Assembly: GCA_051294375.1 (NCBI GenBank)
Contig: JBJCIZ010000239.1
Coordinates: 3,196,964-3,260,963, forward strand
Direction: 5' to 3'
From: Paraspadella gotoi
Lineage: Eukaryota > Animalia > Chaetognatha
Length of the DNA stretch: 64,000 bases
Shown: piece after piece, positions 36,844 through 50,316 of the stretch
How positions within the stretch are numbered: position 1 is the first letter of the stretch
Layout: the number at the start of each line of letters is the position of its first letter
Notes under the pieces: model-generated
Seen by the model: only the letters and a program-made list of their open reading frames with translations
Told to the model about the DNA's origin: nothing
The model's database searches: none
Made by a program: the position numbers and the translations under genes

Positions 36844-39800
36844 ATGAAACAAGTCAGTATCTATCAAATGCGCGACGACTATTGTGCAAAAACCGCTTCT
36901 TCTTCTTCGTCGTCGTCCGTCGTCGTCGCTTTCGTCTTTGGAAGTTTTTATTCGGATTTTTTGCGCTTTGAAGATTTTGGATTCGATTCGTGGAAGCAGA
37001 CACGAAGCCTCGTTTCCGATCCATTCCGTCAATTTCTCTGGTAAACAAAGATCAAAGAATTTTATAAACAAAGATTAACTGTGATTATAAAGATTCACAG
37101 ATATTCATAATTCATGTTTACAGAGATTCATAAATCCTCATTCACAGATCTCATGATAATTCAGTCACAGAGTTCACATTCGGAAACAGACGAAGAAAGG
37201 ATTCGACGTCTTCACACCGGATGTAATTCCCACTTTGATCCTTCGATCCATCGCTCATCACATCAAATTGAAGGTGAGATCAATTACGAATCGAAAACAC
37301 GTATGAAATTGACCTTGCAGTTAGGACAGGATATTTGAACTATATTTGGCGCCCTGCCCATCACTGTCAAATGAAACACAGTCGACAGGGCAAAACCCGC
37401 GATCAATGGTATAAGAATGAAGCGTTAGCTCTATGATGAAAATTAACGTGCCAAACTGTCCCACGTAAATTCTTATTATATTTCTCAATCTAACTATTAC
37501 AGCGCGGCAGAACTGGAGAGTCTTATTCAACGAGTTATAATATTTGGATGTTAATTTAAATTTATTAAATTCCAGGAAAGAAAGACAATCGAATGCAGCA
37601 AAACTCGACGATTTGTTGTGAGAATTTAAAAGAAAATTCGATTCGTTGAACGAAAGGAAATAAAGGAAAAAACTAAGAATTAAATCTTGTGAAATCAAAA
37701 CTGTAAGCGGCGAAGTGATTCGGACAGTTCGTGGGAATGACGGACGGCGGACATTTCGGACGCCAGCGTGAGTCATGAAAATTTATTAAGAAATTATTTT
37801 AATAAACTAAATATGTAAACTAATAATCAAATCATAATATGTATCCGGATTTTATTTTAATAAAATTTCCATTTAGATAAATAATTTTTGAAATATTAAT
37901 TGATTTTTTCAATTATCCTTCACAAAAGGTCAACCTCTCCGGCGACTTTCACTGATCAATTGTTTCGACAAAGATCGTCGACTCTCTTCAAGAATTCGTC
38001 GTCGCGTTAATGATAAAAAAAAACAAAGAGACAAAACTCTGGATTCGACGTTTTGCTCATCGGCGTCGATTCTTATCGAGAAATAATTTGTCAGAAATTT
38101 CCCGAACTCGAAATTCCTCTTCGATAATTTTGGAACCCGTGGAATATTTGTAATTTAGACTTGAAATAAGGTTCGAACTTCATACAAGTAGTACAAGATA
38201 ATTTCAGGTCTACTGCTTGCGAATCCTAACGCATTGAACATTCTTTACCATTTTATATCGCTTATGGAACTTGAATTCTTGATTAGCTATAGTCGAAATT
38301 CGAAATTGCATCCAGTTATACTTTCTATAAATGGTAGAATGTTTCAGTTTGTATTTACAATTTAGAGTACCTCTTATAAAATTTCCAGTACAACAAAGTT
38401 GCCGACAATACTCTGGTTAATTTTATTCCATTTCTCACTGGAAAATATCTTAAAGATTTGCTTGACAGAAAAATGGCTCATCTGCCTTTTGATAAATATC
38501 CTTCATTTGGAAAAATTTTTCAGATAGAGGGTAAGTTTATAAAATATTTTCGAAGGTTTTAGAATTCAAACTTTATGGTTTATGGTTTATGTAGAAAATA
38601 AGTTACGGATGTATATGTTTTTTTGTATGTAAAACGGTTTTAACCCAGATCCGCACTTTCTTCGGAGAGACTCTCGCAGCATTATACCTTCAACTACCAA
38701 AAAGCGGGATTTCATTCTCAACCAACTGATTATTACTTCCGTCCATTTATGTTGGCTCATGAGGAATTAGAAAAAAAAATGGGCCTAAGGTACATAGTTA
38801 TGTGTTTTTTTTTAAAGTTTCCTAAAACTGATATGCATTAATAATATAATTAATAATTGATAATCTTATAATAATATTAATAATAATATTTAAATAATTC
38901 TATTAATAAACTTTTCAGCGAGAATCTCGAACGAATGCTTGGATATCAAACTCAGTAAAAGATTACTTCTATTATTAAATTAATTTATGCACACTGCAAA
39001 GGCTAATATATATATATATATATATTTGAGATTGTATAAAAAAACATTGTTGAGCACTTAGCTCTACCTAATGTACCATGTAGATTTCACTGGCGAAGCC
39101 ATTTCACTCTCAAAAATAAGATCAATCCAAATCACGAGATTTAATAAAATAATCAGAGCAGCAACAAGTATAGAGAGAGAGTATAGATAGAGAGAGCCAG
39201 AGAGAGCTCAAAGCTAATGTTTCCTGCAATCTCCTAAAAGTTTAACATCTACTTGCCCTTTTATACTCTTTAAATTTAAATAGACCAATTAAAAACGACT
39301 TTCGACTTTTGAGAATACTACCAATAATTGATCAGAAAGGTCTCGTCAATCAGATTTAAGAACTAAATATTAACCCATGAAATCATAGATAGAGGACGAG
39401 TTTGAGAATTTAAGCTAGTAACGTTATTTGTATTCCATATAAAACGAATATTAATTTCGAAAACTAATTAAATATTTAAAACTATTTAACATATATTATA
39501 TTGGTTGTACCAATTCATTATTATTTATATATCTTCAAAATCCGCAGGGCGAATGCTGTACGACTATTTTCTCGAGTTTCTTCGACTCAAAAACGAAAAG
39601 AAATTCGCTTAGTTTGGACGAACTCTTGTCGCACCTGAAGTCTACGACGCCGCTTTGGCCGATGAGCGACGGAAAAACTCTTTCACAAATTGAAACAGGG
39701 TCAGTTGTTGGAGAAACGGCGAATATGTCGATACTACGTATTTTTGAATCTACAACTTATCATTGTGCAACTCTATCTGTTAATTGATAAATAGATTTTA

Positions 39801-41120
39801 AAGAAGGTTGTCGAATTTTCTAAGACTTAAATTTTTAATAGAGGCAACATTTTTTTGTATTTTGTAAGTATTACTTTTAATTTTAAAACGGATTTACCTA
39901 ACCTACTTGGATGAATTAGTCATTGCTCAGTTTTAAAATCTTTTTTAAATCAGGCGGCTTCTTAGAAATTCCATTGATTTTCTTCTCTGATCACGGCTTC
40001 AGATTTGTCTAATCAGAAAACTTTCGCGGAAAATCGAAGAGCGTCTTCCTTTCCTTTTCTTTCTCGCGCCCAAAAGATTCAAGAAGACATAGAGGGCGTT
40101 ACGAGAATTTGAAGAAAAATGCGCGAAGATGACGACAAATTTGACATTTATCAAACTCTGGTGGATCTTTTGGATTAGACTTATGAAAGAACGAGTACTA
40201 GTATAAAATGCTCAATATATAATTATATATTTTATATATTTTTTGATTTTTTAGAGTATTTGCCAGCTTTTTTTTCTTTTTTCATATTTGTGATATTATA
40301 GAAGATTCAACTACTCAAAGATTTTTGTAAGAAAGAATTATACAACCTATTTAAATTTTTTTTCAAAATAATTTACGCTTTTAAAATGAGTCAAAGTATG
40401 TTATAGAATAACGTTAAAGATTTAAAATGCTAAAAGATAAAAACATTTTAATTTAATTTTTCTTACTTATACTATTATAAAATTCTTGTATGATTTTTCG
40501 TTATAAGAGGCAAAGAAACTCTCCTTTTGTCACGGAATCCAATACCGCTATTCGCTCCTTGATGAAGTTCCTCCAGAAAGAAATTGTGAATCGGCAACGA
40601 TCAAACCTCATTGGTGCGTCTGTCAATCTATGAAACAAGTAGATGTTAAAGATAAAGATGTCACTAAAGCTGGACATTCATCGTTCAACAGTTTTGGATA
40701 TTTTATGATTGGATAATGAAAAAAAATATCAAACATTAATCCTAAATAATATAATGTGATTTTATAAATATATTTTTACCGCTCAATAGAGAAGTGCAGA
40801 AATAATTGTAAAGTTTAAAACTGACACTTATTCACTTTTGTTGCAACTTTTCGCCACTTTAGTTTAATTAAAGTTTTTTTTTGTTTTTTTTACAGATAAA
40901 CAAATATCTCTCTGATAAAAAACGTTTGTGAGCACTACATATGGAAAAATATTAAGCCATTTGTGACGGAATCTTCAGAATACTATCGACGTTAAGATTT
41001 TCTCGAATTAATCCCACCCTTGAATTTATTTTTCTTCTCACATCTCAGCTGAACAGCTTTACCATCATATATGCGTTTGTCCCGATCGCATCACGTCGAC
41101 ACTTTCACGCCCCCAATTAA
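36844..41120 (+). CDS. DUF229-family (alkaline phosphatase/sulfatase-fold) protein, multi-exon, frameshifted in this assembly
   Basis: Hallmark motifs occur in successive exons, several needing 1-nt frame corrections: FDVLLIGVDS.SRNNF (~38045), YNKVADNTLVNFIPFLTG...PFDKYPFIWKNFSDRG (38389-38530), TFNYQKAGFHSQPTDYYFRPFM (38650-38790), FFSDHGFRF...IEERLPFLF...LTTNFDIYQTLVDLL (39953-40195), SLLDEVPPERNCESATIKPHWCVC (40510-40690), and terminal HHICVC (~41049-41080). There is also an N-terminal hydrophobic anchor. Confidence 0.85.
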
Positions 41121-42460
41121 TCGCACCACATCGTTGTCGGACGTCAGCGTCGCCCGAACGTTCGTCTATTCGCCGACGTCAACGCCTCTCGAAAACTGGG
41201 AAGAAGCTTCGACGACCAGCTTGTCTCTCATCCACACCGCGCCCAACCCGGACGATCTCCCTCGAAAGTTTTCCAAGCATTCGCTCGAAAATCCTTCGGT
41301 TCCGACGATTTCGATCATATCAAGAGTTCAAAACATCGCGACAAGCTTAGGAAAAAAGGGCTTCTTCCACCAACTTTTGGCCACGGAGAAGAGCCATTCC
41401 ATCCCGTCGTCAGGTCTTCTTTCGGAATTGGGAAGAAAAGACAAATGGATCTTCCCGTCAGGTCGATGTTCCTCTCTCTCTGGATCCCTAGAAACGCCGA
41501 TTAATTCTCGCTTCTTCGATGGAATCATCGAGACGACGCCATCGGTTAATCTCGACCAAGCTTTGACGATAACTTGACTTTTCCAAGTAGAAGGCTTTTT
41601 TAACACTTCGAGAAGGACGAGAATCCGCGCCGATACTTCCACTCCGGTTAATATAAGCTCGTCTCTACTACTAAACTTGCAGACGAAGAAAGATCTTAGT
41701 ATTATGGAAAATTTTCATAAATTACAAGGACGTCATAACGGCGACGGCTCGAAGACATCGCCAAGCTTCAACCTCTCTTTCAACGTCACCCAAGTCTCGT
41801 AGAAGAATACACTTCGAAAAAAATGTCGAAAAATTAAAATAGTGAAAGCTCAAAATCCCAAAAAAAAGCAGAAATACCGGTCTCTTGTCAATCTCCACAT
41901 ATTCCACAAAAAGACGTTTATTCTAGCAACAACCTCAACGAGCATCTGATCATAAGCCAACGCTCCTTCGGATTGAAAAGCTCAACGCATGCGACGACTA
42001 CCTGCACGAGAGGGGATCCAATGCAAAAAATAGATTATTCCGTCATTCCCTCGATAAAGAAAAACCAAACACCGTTAAATCCCTTGGAAAAACTTTCCAC
42101 AAGCAGAGTTTCGGATGAAAATGACGTACGATCCTCTCGATCAAGACGCAATCGACGCCGCACGACAATTACACGTTTTGTTTCAATCGCCCTTATCATC
42201 GGACAAATCTACTGACGACATCTTCGGCGACTAAAAAATTCAAGATGCTCGAAAAATTTTGACAGCGCCTTGTTTTTCTCAATGTCGAGTCCGTCCTGGA
42301 ATAATCAATAAAAACTTTTTTATTTTTTTTGTTTTTATGAATATTATTTTTTTATTAATATGTTTTTTAATCAATCAATTCATTAATTAATGAATATCAT
42401 CTACTAAAACGAATGATGAAAAAATTACGTACTTACTGTCCGATATTTTTTCTCGAAATT
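41091..42460 (-). CDS. Unidentified spliced protein-coding gene (frameshifted), convergent with DUF229
   Basis: Minus-strand splice signals (donor GTAAGT at 42436, acceptor at 42296, intron 41812-41877). Coding-like peptides include CILLRDLGDVEREVEAWRCLRAVAVMTSL, ORF 41328-41642, and ...VRATLTSDNDVVRLIGGVKVST* with TGA at 41091-41093. No family recognised. Confidence 0.55.
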
Positions 42461-43014
42461 CTCGCCTTTATTATTTAAAAAAACAACACACGTTTTGTTT
42501 GTGATGTCTCGGCAAAATCGCCAGGTATAAATTTTATTCGAGATTGCGTTCTAATCGAAAGTCGTTATAATTTATTTCTCAGTTGGTATCGTTTATTTTA
42601 ATTAACAATATCGGCGACGCTTATTCTCCTAGAGTGGCGTAGAAAGCAGTAATAAAAAAATTAAATTCTTAAGATTCTTTTTCCTTTTTCCTAAAAATCA
42701 TTTATCTCAGGTCCCCCAACATGCAACTATGCAGCGATCTGGACGACTAATCCGCGACCGAAACTTGCCCCGGCGACAAAGCCCGCGGCATTAGTGGGGA
42801 CGAACCAGCGTCTGCAAATAATACCTTCTGCGGCACGTGCCCCACGCACTTTTCACCAAACCAAATCAACTCGTCCCGCGACAGATCATGACGNNNNNNN
42901 NNNNNNNNNNNNNNNNNNTCCGGACTCAAATTAACTTCCATGCTTAATAACATTTACTTGAACGTAAACTGTAGCCTATAGAAGATTAAAAGCTAAAAAT
43001 AGCCTTTTTCCCAG

Positions 43015-43300
43015 AAATCTATGGAGATATATCAGGGATGGAAAAACCTCTCAGCTCGTACGGCGGAGACTTTGTTAAACGAAAAAAAACCGAATCTCGA
43101 TACTCAATACAGAGGGAACCGCGAAAAACGAATAAAAGAAATCTCGCTGTCAGCCTTGAAATACATTCAGTATTCCTGTCCACTGTACAACCCCTCACAA
43201 AAAAAAAAAAGAAATCTTATTCGTACAGCGCGAACCGATTGAAAGGAGCGAGTCTCCGCTGTCAACGACGCCTTCGAAAAATCCGCTTCTAACTGTGACG
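43015..43300 (+). CDS. Putative bHLH-containing exon
   Basis: Acceptor tttttcccag at 43005-43014. EIYQGWKNL...ISLSALKYIQY resembles helix1-loop-helix2; the following ANRL/KERVSAVNDAFEK resembles the bHLH basic-helix1 consensus AN.RER.R...VN.AF..LR but needs small indel corrections. Confidence 0.4.
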
Positions 43301-43499
43301 CATAATCGAAGGGCATAATACTCTCGTGGCAGCATGGACGACGACGACGACGGTGAAGAAGACGACGACGACGATGATGATGACGAATTTCCCTCCCGAT
43401 TCTCTAAATCTTTCGACGACGACAACGACGACGACGACGACGACGCCCTCCCGCGGAGAAAAGAGTCAAACGTCACAAAAGGCAGGAAGACGACTGCGA

Positions 43500-43534
<35 letters not shown>

Positions 43535-44696
43535 NNNNNNNNNNNNNNNNNNNNNNNNNGATCGTCGATGCAATTGACGCTTATTGTTTTTTCGGAGAGG
43601 GGAGTAGGGGGAAGATAAGTGATGTAGAGAAGGAAGAGAATGAATCATCTGGAAAGTTTATTATTAATATTTTAAGGTCAGTATTTATAAATAAGATATT
43701 TTGGTTGTTTAAAAAGTTCTGATGTATTGAGGAAGGAAAAAAGAATGAGATAATCTGGAAAGTTTTATTTTAATATTTTAAAGGGTCAGTATTATAAATA
43801 AAGATAGTTTGCGTTGTTAAAAAGTTCAACTGCCGTTTAGTGTTGAAAATACGTGTGGGTGAAAAAAATTCGGAATGAGAACTCGAGCACAAGACGACCA
43901 ATGTTTGAATAAAACATAAAAAAAATATATAAAAAACAAAAAAGAAAATAAAACCAAAAAACAAAGAGAACAAAAAAGCCAAAAAAAATATTTTTCGTTT
44001 TTTTCCGCCCAAAATAAAAATGGGGAGAGAGTGACGGGTCAAACGATCGCTGCGAGTGAAAAACCGCGTCCCTTCCGTGATAAATGATCCAGAGANNNNN
44101 NNNNNNNNNNNNNNNNNNNNNNNNNNNNNNNNNNNNNNNNNNNNNNNNNNNNNNNNNNNNNNNNNNNNNNNNNNNNNNNNNNNNNNNNNNNNNNNNNNNN
44201 NNNNNNNNNNNNNNNNNNNNNNNNNNNNNNNNNNNNNNNNNNNNNNNNNNNNNNNNNNNNNNNGTCCTTCTTTCTTCACTCTCCTCTCGTCCTCCTGAGC
44301 TCCTTGTCTTTCTCCCCTTTTCCGATCTATAAATAAACCAATTTTATAAATAATATTTTTGTTTTTCTACTTGTCTGTCTGAGCATTTATAAGACATTTT
44401 AGTAGGATTGGTTTCAGGACCCGAACTGTCATTTTGCTGCCTTTTTTTTCTCGACTACTGTTTTCATTTTTGTTTAAAAAGGAAAATACCATAAAACTAG
44501 TTAATTTGAATTAAACTAAATTAATACTAAGAAGAAACTCTTAACTTTCTGCTTAAATTCTTTCGTTTGTATTTAAGTATAATCCACATTGTCGGTCAGT
44601 CGGTCCCCCCCCAAAAAATCATTTAACCTTCCTTTTTGAATTGAGGAAAAAGTCGTAAGGAAAGATATACTTTAAAATAAATCTCCTTGGAGCGCT

Positions 44697-44733
<37 letters not shown>

Positions 44734-46093
44734 NNNNNNNNNNNNNNNNNNNNNNNNNNNNNNNNNNNNNNNNNNNNNNNNNNNNNNNNNNNNNNNNNNN
44801 NNNNNNNNNNNNNNNNNNNNNNNNNNNNNNNNNNNNNNNNNNNNNNNNNNNNNNNNNNNNNNNNNNNNNNNNNNNNNNNNNNNNNNNNNNNNNNNNNNNN
44901 NNNNNNNNNNNNNNNNNNNNNNNNNNNNNNNNNNNNNNNNNNNNNNNNNNNNNNNNNNNNNNNNNNNNNNNNNNNNNNNNNNNNNNNNNNNNNNNNNNNN
45001 NNNNNNNNNNNNNNNNNNNNNNNNNNNNNNNNNNNNNNNNNNNNNNNNNNNNNNNNNNNNNNNNNNNNNNNNNNNNNNNNNNNNNNNNNNNNNNNNNNNN
45101 NNNNNNNNNNNNNNNNNNNNNNNNNNNNNNNNNNNNNNNNNNNNNNNNNNNNNNNNNNNNNNNNNNNNNNNNNNNNNNNNNNNNNNNNNNNNNNNNNNNN
45201 NNNNNNNNNNNNNNNNNNNNNNNNNNNNNNNNNNNNNNNNNNNNNNNNNNNNNNNNNNNNNNNNNNNNNNNNNNNNNNNNNNNNNNNNNNNNNNNNNNNN
45301 NNNNNNNNNNNNNNNNNNNNNNNNNNNNNNNNNNNNNNNNNNNNNNNNNNNNNNNNNNNNNNNNNNNNNNNNNNNNNNNNNNNNNNNNNNNNNNNNNNNN
45401 NNNNNNNNNNNNNNNNNNNNNNNNNNNNNNNNNNNNNNNNNNNNNNNNNNNNNNNNNNNNNNNNNNNNNNNNNNNNNNNNNNNNNNNNNNNNNNNNNNNN
45501 NNNNNNNNNNNNNNNNNNNNNNNNNNNNNNNNNNNNNNNNNNNNNNNNNNNNNNNNNNNNNNNNNNNNNNNNNNNNNNNNNNNNNNNNNNNNNNNNNGGA
45601 AATTTATTTTGCAGTTTTTTTAAAAGTATTTTCCCCTTTATTTGTAAATTTATTTACCTTTTTTTTATTTACCTTTTTTTCTTTCTTTCTTTTGTTATTT
45701 CTTTCTTTCTTTCTTTCTTTCTTTTTTTCTTTTTTCCTTTTTTTCTTTCTATCTTTCTTTCTTTCTTTTTTTTTGTCTCAAATAAAAATTTATGAGTATT
45801 TTATTTTTAATTTTTGAATATTGATGACATTTTATCCTTCATTCAAATCTTTTAAATCTTTAAAAACGACTGTTTAATTATAAATCAAAACAACTTTTGG
45901 AACGAGTTTTAATTTTTAAATCACAAATTGAATCTATACTATAAATGTTTAATGTTGATCTTTCATTTTAGTTAAAATTGAATTCGATTCGGAAAAAAAA
46001 ATCATTATTCGGTCTCGTAACCAACGTTGACTCCCACACAGTAATCGGACGACTCTCTCTCTCTCTCTCTCTCTCTTCTTCCTCGTTATTTTA

Positions 46094-46135
<42 letters not shown>

Positions 46136-46504
46136 GCGGGTCTCTCTCTGCTGCCTCTGCTCTCTTCTCTCTCTCCGAAAAAACCGCGCATCTCTCTCCN
46201 NNNNNNNNNNNNNNNNNNNNNNNNNNNNNNNNNNNNNNNNNNNNNNNNNNNNNNNNNNNNNNNNNNNNNNNNNNNNNNNNNNNNNNNNNNNNNNNNNNNN
46301 NNNNNNNNNNNNNNNNNNNNNNNNNNNNNNNNNNNNNNNNNNNNNNNNNNNNNNNNNNNNNNNNNNNNNNNNNNNNNNNNNNNNNNNNNNNNNNNNNNNN
46401 NNNNNNNNNNNNNNNNNNNNNNNNNNNNNNNNNNNNNNNNNNNNNNNNNNNNNNNNNNNNNNNNNNNNNNNNNNNNNNNNGCGCACAAAAACGCGAGGGG
46501 GAGC

Positions 46505-46606
46505 CTAAGATTCGACCAATCAGCGGCGTTGCTCGATGCACGCGCATTTCGGAAGATTCGACCAATCAGAGATTTTGAGAGTGATAAATGCGTTTGACCA
46601 ATGAGA
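46505..46606. promoter_or_regulatory. Triple CCAAT (NF-Y) box cluster
   Basis: GACCAATCAG twice (CCAAT at 46516 and 46562) and GACCAATGAG (CCAAT at 46598). Confidence 0.5.
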
Positions 46607-47029
46607 GGAAGAGGAGCAAGATGAGGAGGAGGAGGAGAAAGGAGAAGGGCAGTAAGAGAAAGAAGAGGGAGAGGAGGAGGAGGAAGAAGGGGAAGGGGAG
46701 TAAGAGAAGGAAGAGGGGGAGGGGGGACAGAAAAATAGGAGCGCGAAACAAGTGCCTCCATCTTTCAAGTGATTTTCGGTGCAAGTTTTATTTGTCAATT
46801 TTCTTTACTTAATAGAGAAGCGCAATATATATGTTTTTTTTCAACATTTCTTTTTAAAAAAGGTTGTTTAGTGACTAGTTTACTCATTTTTTTATATTTA
46901 GTTAGAAAAAGATCAAGACAAAGCCAGCCAGCGTGAAGCCATACACTGTTGCAATTGAATTATTTTCCAAATTGAAGACGTCGTGAATTCGAGCTTCAAT
47001 TCTAGTCACTCGAAATAATAAAAGATCGC

Positions 47030-47146
<117 letters not shown>

Positions 47147-47689
47147 GGCGCCGATTTTTAAATTTAACGATCAAACGGCGTCGCCGCGTTTCTTCTTGTT
47201 CGAAAAAAAAAGTTCATTGATTACGTTAATTTATATTATTTCTTTTTTATTTTTAAGAAGACGAAAAAAAACTCTCGCTTACTATCTTGAGTTTTATTGC
47301 TCTTCCCGAGCCAAAGACCTGGTTCAAAGGTTCAAACGTTACACAGATAGTTAACAATTAGGCGACATTAAAAAGTAAAAAAGTCGATTGGCTTCTCCCT
47401 GGGAAATTTTTTTCGCAAAGCTTTTCATTACGTCTCTCTCTCTCTCTCTCTCTCCCTCTCTCTCTCCCTCTCTCTCTCCCTCTCTCTCTCCCTCTCTCTC
47501 GTCGTCAAGTTCAAGAGGCGCCAGACAAAGTGACACATTTTAATTAAGACGCTTTTAAAGGAAATCTTTACTTTCCGTCATAAAAAGAAGTTAAACGTTT
47601 TATTATTTTAAATCCTCCTTCATATATGGTTTTCTTTCTTGTTTTCCTAATTCCTCGTCCAAATTTAAAGATAAAATGTTCTTTATTTA

Positions 47690-48410
47690 TCTCTCTCTGT
47701 CTCTCTCTCTCTCGCTCTCTCTCCTCGTCTCCTCAGCGTCGATCTCTCTGCGCCACTGTCTCTCTCTCTCATCTCTCAAACCAACTCTCTTCGGTCGTTT
47801 CGTCGGCGACGACTCCAATTAGAATTACAGTTTCGTCGCCTAAAAAAAAAGAAGAGGCTGGTCGTTTACAATTGCGACGTGGAAATCGTCGTCGACGTTG
47901 TGGTCGTCGTTGTGGTCGTCAATGACGTCCACATCGCAAGCCAGAATTGAGGACCCGGTCAATGCGACAACACAACGACGTCCCATACTCAATGCATCAC
48001 AACAACGACCATCATCGATGACCGCTTTTGCACGCCACTAACTGTCGAGGGACCACCAACGACGACCACAACGACGCACCAAATCGGACCGTCCACTATC
48101 GAACGACCACAGACGACATCCATAGCGACGACCACAATGACGTCCACAATCGACGACCACATGGACGACCACTTTTGACGATCACAAACGACGACCAGCA
48201 ACGGACGGACCACAACGACGACGACGATTTTCCACGTCGCAATTGGTAAACGACCAGCCTCTTCCTTTTTTTTCGGCGACCGAAACTGTAATTCTAATTG
48301 GAGTTCGTCGCGGCCGACGAAACGACCGAAGAGAGGAAGTAGAGATGAGAAGAGAGAGACGGAGAAGAGAAGAGAGAGGAGAGAGAGACGAGAGAGAGAG
48401 AGAGAGAGCT
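47690..48410. repeat. Fold-back inverted duplication (probable artefact)
   Basis: 47785-47925 is the reverse complement of 48200-48335. It is followed by a copy (48408-48520) of 51871-51980 and a 25-N gap. Confidence 0.8.
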
Positions 48411-48545
48411 TCTCGCTCCTCCCCGACCGGAAAAAAATAGAGGAAGATAAGAAGGCAGACGACTCCGCTGTGGGAAGGCGCGGAAAATAAATGAAGGAAA
48501 TATCTGGAGAATGGATGATGNNNNNNNNNNNNNNNNNNNNNNNNN

Positions 48546-48932
48546 GTGGTCGTCGTTGTGGTTGTCGTTGTGGTCGTCATTGTGATCATCAATGTGGACG
48601 TCATTGTGATCATCGATATGGACGTCATTGTGGTCATCGATGTGGTCATCAATGTGGATGTCGTTGTGGTCGCCAATGAGGTCATTGTTGTGGTCATCGT
48701 TGTGATTGTTGATGTGGTCGTCAATATGGTCGTTGAAGTGGTCGTCGTTATGGTCGTCGTTGTGGTCGTCAATATGGTCATCGATGTGGATGTCGTTGTG
48801 GTCGTTAATGTGGTCGTCGATGTGGATGTCGTTGTGGTCGTCAATGTGGACGTAGTTGTGGTCGTCGTTTTGGTCGTCGTTGTCGTTGTGGTCGTCGTCG
48901 TTGTGGTCGTCGTCGTTGTGTTCGTCGTCGTC
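48546..48932 (+). repeat. Degenerate 12-bp minisatellite (tgtggtcgtcgt / tgtggacgtcat)
   Basis: Read directly; it produces the poly-Val and poly-Thr ORFs. Confidence 0.8.
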
Positions 48933-49622
48933 AGCTACGGGTCCGTCCGCTCCCCCAGAATATCATTTGAGTTTTGAATTATAACTCGTGAAACTTATGA
49001 CTAATAAGTTAGCCATTTAAGATATCTTTAATTCACGTTTTTAAACTGAGCGGGACCGGAATTAGTTGGTTTATGAATTATGACTCGCGACACCTCTGGC
49101 TAGAAATTGGCTAAGAGATTTGGAATGTTTATATAAAGAGATTATGTGTGATATGAGCAAATGTAGCTTTTCTGTTTCTAGTTTATGATAATGACAAGCG
49201 AATTGTGATACTAATGACAAATAACCTATAGAGTTACAAGAATCATAACTAGTATTGTATGAGCTTTTAACCACCGTATTTTAGCCGTTTCTTGTTATGG
49301 ATTTATTGGAATTGAAGAAACTTTTTAGTTTTTCGTTCAAATTCAGTTAAATCTTAAACATTGGGTCAAAACGACGAATCGTCAAAACCTCGGACGAGCT
49401 CACATCCGAATGACCAGTCGAGCCTCAAATCTTTCTCCAGTTTCGTTTGAACGCGAACGAAACTGAGGATCGAAAAACGGAGGGGGGGGGCAGAGGTGGG
49501 TAAGGGGGGTCTGGGGGGGGCGAGGGGGATGGAGGCGATAAAAGCATAACCGACGGGATGTGCACCCGCGGTGATGGAAGCAGATGTGGCGCGCTGGCGG
49601 AGGGAGGAGCGGCGAGAGAGAG

Positions 49623-49658
<36 letters not shown>

Positions 49659-50277
49659 AGATTGCGGTTTTTGGCGAGGGGAAGCAGCGTCAAACTGCGA
49701 GGGTTAAAATACCATAAAAGAGAAAGAAAGATACAGGGAAGAGGACAGAATCGAATAGTATCTTCTGTAACGAGTTTTGCTAAGATTTCGTGTTACGTGG
49801 TGATTAAAATGCAAAGAAGGATGTTTTGGACAGTAACAGTAAAACAGAGTTGGAGAAAGAAAGAAAAAAAAAAAAAATTAAAGAAAGAGGGAAACAATAA
49901 TGGCTAAGAACGAAAAGGAAACAACGGGGTCGAATAAAAAAAAGGAGCAAGAAAGGGCAAGAGCAAGAAAGATAAGGAAAAATAGAGAAAAGAAGGAAAA
50001 AATAAAGGAACGACAAATGTCCTTTTTTTTCCTTTTTCTTTTTTCCTTTTCCTCGAAAAACCGGCGATTCTTTTTTTTTCTCTCTCTCTCGCGCGCGCGC
50101 GCGCTCAATCTATTTAGATGATAACGACTAAACGGGCGCGACCAATAAGGGGCGAACGCAGCCCTGCGAGAGAACCGCAGCGCGCGGTCCTGCGGCGACG
50201 CGCCTCTCCGCAGCAGCCGAAGACCGACACCGCCCGGCCCGAGCGGCGGAGATGACCAGGCCCCCTGGGGCGCCGCT

Positions 50278-50316
<39 letters not shown>

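Noticed and set aside
43620-43830. ~105-bp direct duplication
   Set aside because: Indel-type differences next to a 25-N gap; probably an artefact.
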